A stretch of DNA of 64,000 nt from Fidelibacterota bacterium. GTDB lineage: Bacteria > Fidelibacterota > UBA8477 > JABMPR01. Where the stretch lies: the NCBI GenBank assembly GCA_016844955.1, contig JAERTH010000083.1:15712-79711 (forward strand), in the 5' to 3' direction. A program made the position numbers and the translations under genes. Positions 61,701-64,000 of this stretch are shown piece by piece (position 1 is the first letter of the stretch; every line of letters starts with the position of its first letter). The notes beneath the pieces were generated by a model, which was not told the origin of the DNA, made no database searches, and saw only the letters and a program-made list of their open reading frames with translations.

Positions 61701-64000
61701 GTCCTGGGTAATCGTCCACGTGAGACCGTATTTACTACCGCTACTCCTGAAATTCCACTCCTCATCCTCCGGGATCCACCTGGGGATGGCAGCTACTCTT
61801 ACCTCTCTCAAGAAACCTCATCATCCTATACATTTGGGATGGGTATCAATGTGGGAAGTGGTGTGGAATCCTTTGCTGCCGTGCATCTTGGCGCGGATGT
61901 TATCGTTTCAGCCGGTGCCTGGGGCATTCCAGATGTGGAAGTTGAAACCACCATGGATGTGACTGCTACCATGGGACTCAATGTGAGTGCGGGAGCTTAT
62001 GAAGAGCAAACCTGGTCTATTTCCACTTCAGAAACATTTCAAACCTCAGATGGAGATGCAATAGTAGGTTCGGGAGGTGATGTCTTCATCGGTGGAGCCA
62101 TGAATATCGCATATGGTGTAACTGATATTTTGGAAATTAATGAAGGCTGTGATCCTGTCATCACCCAGAATATAATTCTGGCTCCCAATGGATTTGAAAC
62201 GACCTATATCTATAGTGAAAATCATATCGTAGAATCTGTTATACCATCACTCTGGACCATTGCAGATACTGCATCGGCAGAGCTGTGGGAGCAGGTTATT
62301 CAACGCAATACAGAGTTGAAAGAGGCTGCCACTTTTGAGCATAACTACTCATTTGATGGTGCCGCCGGGACTTTTGAATTTTCAGAAACGGAAGAAGTTA
62401 CTTCCAGCCTGACCCTGGAATTTGAGATGGAAATCTATGGATCAGTAGCTGTAGAAGTCGGTGCTGAAGCCAATGGTGTGGGGGTCTCAGGTGGTGTCAT
62501 GGTTTCCTTTCAGACCTCAATGGGTGTCAGTGAAACTTCTGAGATTACCAACTCCAATACCGTCGGATATGTGCTGGCTGATGATGATCCAGGCGATTTC
62601 TTCAGCGTGGATGTCCTCTGGGATGGAGCGTATGGAACCCCTGTGTTCGCAACCGTGAGTGGAGCCAGTAGCTGCCCCTACGAACCGGATACTGCGCCTC
62701 GAGAAGGCGTTCAACTTTCTGCTGATGAAACCATTGCTATCAATGTACCCCCTGATGAACCTGCAGTATTCTCATTGCTGCTGGGGAATACCAGTCAGAC
62801 AGATGAATCAGGAGATTATGCCATTTCAATTCTGCAGGAAACCAATCCTCACGGTGCCGTATTTGCCGTGAATGGAATTCCCTTTGCTGATCAATTCCCA
62901 ATTTTTCTGGAAGCAGGAATGCAAACGCCAGTTACCCTGACCATCGAGCGTGGTCCTGAAGCATACGTTTATGAGGGGCTGGAAGTCCAACTCAGCTCTA
63001 TATGTGATGGAGACATTTCCGAATCCATCAGTTTTGCTGTGGAGTATTCCGTCCCTTGTAGTGAAGTGTCCATTGCCGTTCCTGAAGACAATTGGCTCAT
63101 CACAGGTGGTGATAGTGATAGCCTGTGGGTCACCCTCAGTGGATATGACAATACCGATGAGAATCTGACTCATATTGAACTACAATACCGACCTGTCCTG
63201 GATGTTTTGGTGAATGCCAGGGCTGGGGAGTATACTCAGCCGAATATAGGTCCGTACTATATTGAACCTGAGCTCGGGGATGTGTCATACTTCGAGAACC
63301 TCAGCAAGACACTACATTTTGATTCAAATCGTCATCATGAGGCTCTCGAAGGACGTCGATCCTATATAAATGAAGCAAGTGAGGCTTTTCAATCAGACAA
63401 TTCCACGCGGGAAAACGACTGGTTTATTGCAGCTACTATTCCCATAGACAGCCTGGTGGAGGACTATTATCTGATTCCCTGGAATGTGAGTCCTGATATC
63501 ATTCTGGATGGAACCTATGAAATCCGCGCATCAGCTGTCTGCGATGCTGGTCTGGTTCCAGGGCGGTCGGAGGTTTTGTCCGGTATCATTGATAGAACAG
63601 GACCCCTGGTTGTAGGTCTGCCCACACCGGTTGATGGAATTCTTGGTCCTGATGATCAGATCATTGTCACCTTGAATGAAAACATTGATTGTGAGAACAT
63701 CAATATAGGTGCTGGTGACATAATGTTGTTCAATACGGTAACGGGGAATCCGGTTGACTTTACCTATACTTGTGGTGGCAACCTCATTAGTATTGAACCC
63801 AATATTCAGAATCACTTTATAGAGAACCAAACCCTGAGGGCAGAGGTCCACAACCTGAGTGATGTCTATGGAAATGAACGTACAGCTCCAATTGAATGGG
63901 AATTCTATGTGAATCGCAATCCCATCGAATGGGTGGGTACCGATATTTCCAATATCGTCATTTACGAAGATGAAACCTTCGGGACCACCAGACAATTGGT
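58719..64000 (+). CDS. Giant LamG-containing protein, paralogue 3 (partial: >1760 aa, runs off right edge; two LamG modules)
   Basis: Absent from the ORF track because there is no stop codon within the window. ATG 58719 gives MKSFHQYLLSAVLIVLPLALWPQ (signal). I translated segments at 58719-59430, 60240-60302, 61560-61860 and 63960-64000 in this frame without stops. All + strand track ORFs in this region are in another frame. Motifs: 'PRVNASDGDHDDRIEITW', 'NGLILGKIKTP', LamG1 '...GRLDDIRFWNIAQ...AYWKFDE', LamG2 '...GRLDEFRVWDYG...AYWNLNEGSG', 'IPLLILRDPPGDGSYSY', 'IIDRTGPLVVGLPTPVD', 'YVNRNPIEW'. Confidence 0.8.
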   Translation, partial: MKSFHQYLLSAVLIVLPLALWPQYECQPEWSVDNFNSSLGFAEGQSTSNNSSFSVVYSAVGATDLYLSETSPSWGFYSYYQTEPIPPRVNASDGDHDDRIEITWEITDDDQGPPVTGELAKLFRNGNLLTTIPVDQTAYQDYNVFPGEFYEYEVVVENDYGESYTEGDVGFLNPNGLILGKIKTPNLVPVPNVEVRLTPNLGRALEFDGLSDFVVFDTLTVLPVDSQYTMEGWFRAFPDARIQTFISLTDIGTLSGDLYVWIGLNAAGQVSFTHTKIAGSENPAELHSPESFNDLEWHHWAATHSGSEMMLYVDGDLVASQAENNPILSLVNLGMGKWTPQDDSGYLHGRLDDIRFWNIAQDRETIRLNDQRTMNGEETGLVAYWKFDEVLGTKIFDLTDNDYDGVICSVSRTDQKAPVWVSGLSDEDGNYAIKGIYYGAGTTFDVTPIKETPIGRALEFDGEDDFIQFDFKRLDFSAGYTAECWFKTAAGYDMTLFCATDPVSGSVKSQIRVLGDGTVLIRHGGTGDYVLSSTDVYHDEMWHHVAVTHTGENLSLYVDAELVATATNTDLYNEEVEYVIARDTPDISSGYYQGRLDEFRVWDYGRIETQISGTMPQTLVGDESGLVAYWNLNEGSGDLIEDKSGHSNSGVLMNTVVDTWVEDIPLNEYFTHIFDVESRQAILNPSNTAVDRVEFTDISQIAISGFVRFEGTDCFAGGVEILVDGESQIPPILTDDAGKYIAEFEPGRTGAILTAVLDDHSFIPPFIELPTINTPMTGITFYDQQKFDLSGKVVGGNCEYPITPSQGQIEVTISSISGCIEVMTVPDEITGEFLVEDLPPQIYNVSIDHPDPDIDAFFTGDTVSLKAGDNGQDFIYMASPNVVISGFPTNACGLRIQEELVDVTVDIQVFEIYVNRGDTNTCPVDSGSLLIVDNMGDAGESELAFQNGAAAYTIPGGGYPNILGGGEYPYQKSIQVVATNAATDENVSVTEWAYVLGNRPRETVFTTATPEIPLLILRDPPGDGSYSYLSQETSSSYTFGMGINVGSGVESFAAVHLGADVIVSAGAWGIPDVEVETTMDVTATMGLNVSAGAYEEQTWSISTSETFQTSDGDAIVGSGGDVFIGGAMNIAYGVTDILEINEGCDPVITQNIILAPNGFETTYIYSENHIVESVIPSLWTIADTASAELWEQVIQRNTELKEAATFEHNYSFDGAAGTFEFSETEEVTSSLTLEFEMEIYGSVAVEVGAEANGVGVSGGVMVSFQTSMGVSETSEITNSNTVGYVLADDDPGDFFSVDVLWDGAYGTPVFATVSGASSCPYEPDTAPREGVQLSADETIAINVPPDEPAVFSLLLGNTSQTDESGDYAISILQETNPHGAVFAVNGIPFADQFPIFLEAGMQTPVTLTIERGPEAYVYEGLEVQLSSICDGDISESISFAVEYSVPCSEVSIAVPEDNWLITGGDSDSLWVTLSGYDNTDENLTHIELQYRPVLDVLVNARAGEYTQPNIGPYYIEPELGDVSYFENLSKTLHFDSNRHHEALEGRRSYINEASEAFQSDNSTRENDWFIAATIPIDSLVEDYYLIPWNVSPDIILDGTYEIRASAVCDAGLVPGRSEVLSGIIDRTGPLVVGLPTPVDGILGPDDQIIVTLNENIDCENINIGAGDIMLFNTVTGNPVDFTYTCGGNLISIEPNIQNHFIENQTLRAEVHNLSDVYGNERTAPIEWEFYVNRNPIEWVGTDISNIVIYEDETFGTTRQL

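Noticed and set aside
35092-64000. Possibility that the fibre-like genes belong to a prophage, tailocin or diversity-generating retroelement, or that the repeated GNVGIGT units reflect a DNA-level repeat array or CRISPR.
   Set aside because: The window has no capsid, baseplate, sheath, terminase, integrase or reverse-transcriptase genes and no TR/VR nucleotide repeat pair. The repeats are divergent at the DNA level and are in-frame protein repeats. The proteins carry Sec signal peptides, which is atypical for phage virion proteins.

Overview
This 64-kb window is densely coded. It contains no rRNA, tRNA, CRISPR array, transposase or integrase that I can see. The lineage is inferred only. Many proteins end in type-IX-secretion (T9SS) C-terminal sorting domains ('NYPNPFNP...K[ML]*LLK'), the TonB-dependent receptor has no SusD partner, and there is a PorV-like barrel. 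Together these point to an FCB-superphylum bacterium outside classical Bacteroidota. Left part (1-27 kb): a beta-glucan/laminarin utilisation locus. On the minus strand it has GH3, a clan GH-A hydrolase and a partial MFS/GPH transporter. These diverge from a substrate-binding-protein / histidine-kinase / sigma-54 response-regulator trio. Downstream on the + strand are an SSF sodium:sugar symporter, a CBM-only T9SS protein, a TonB-dependent receptor, an unassigned 1168-aa protein, a PorV-like barrel and a lipoprotein, followed by three GH16 genes and a GH5-CBM6 gene. Middle part (27-35 kb): a tight operon encoding a membrane-fusion-like protein, a VTC-domain protein and a DUF4956 protein, followed by a MacAB-like HlyD/ABC/FtsX efflux operon. 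Right part (35-64 kb): the most unusual region. Three tandem bicistronic cassettes each pair a phage-tail-fibre-like secreted protein (GNVGIGT repeats, divergent C-terminal tips) with a paralogous ~2,180-2,190-aa LamG-containing T9SS cargo protein. The third giant ORF (58719->64000) is missing from the supplied ORF track because it runs off the window. A stand-alone protein carrying one of the giants' repeat modules and a BNR/Asp-box propeller T9SS protein sit between cassettes 1 and 2. One good sigma-54 promoter match (upstream of GH3) and weaker candidates were found by eye. All family assignments rest on motif recognition without HMM or BLAST confirmation.
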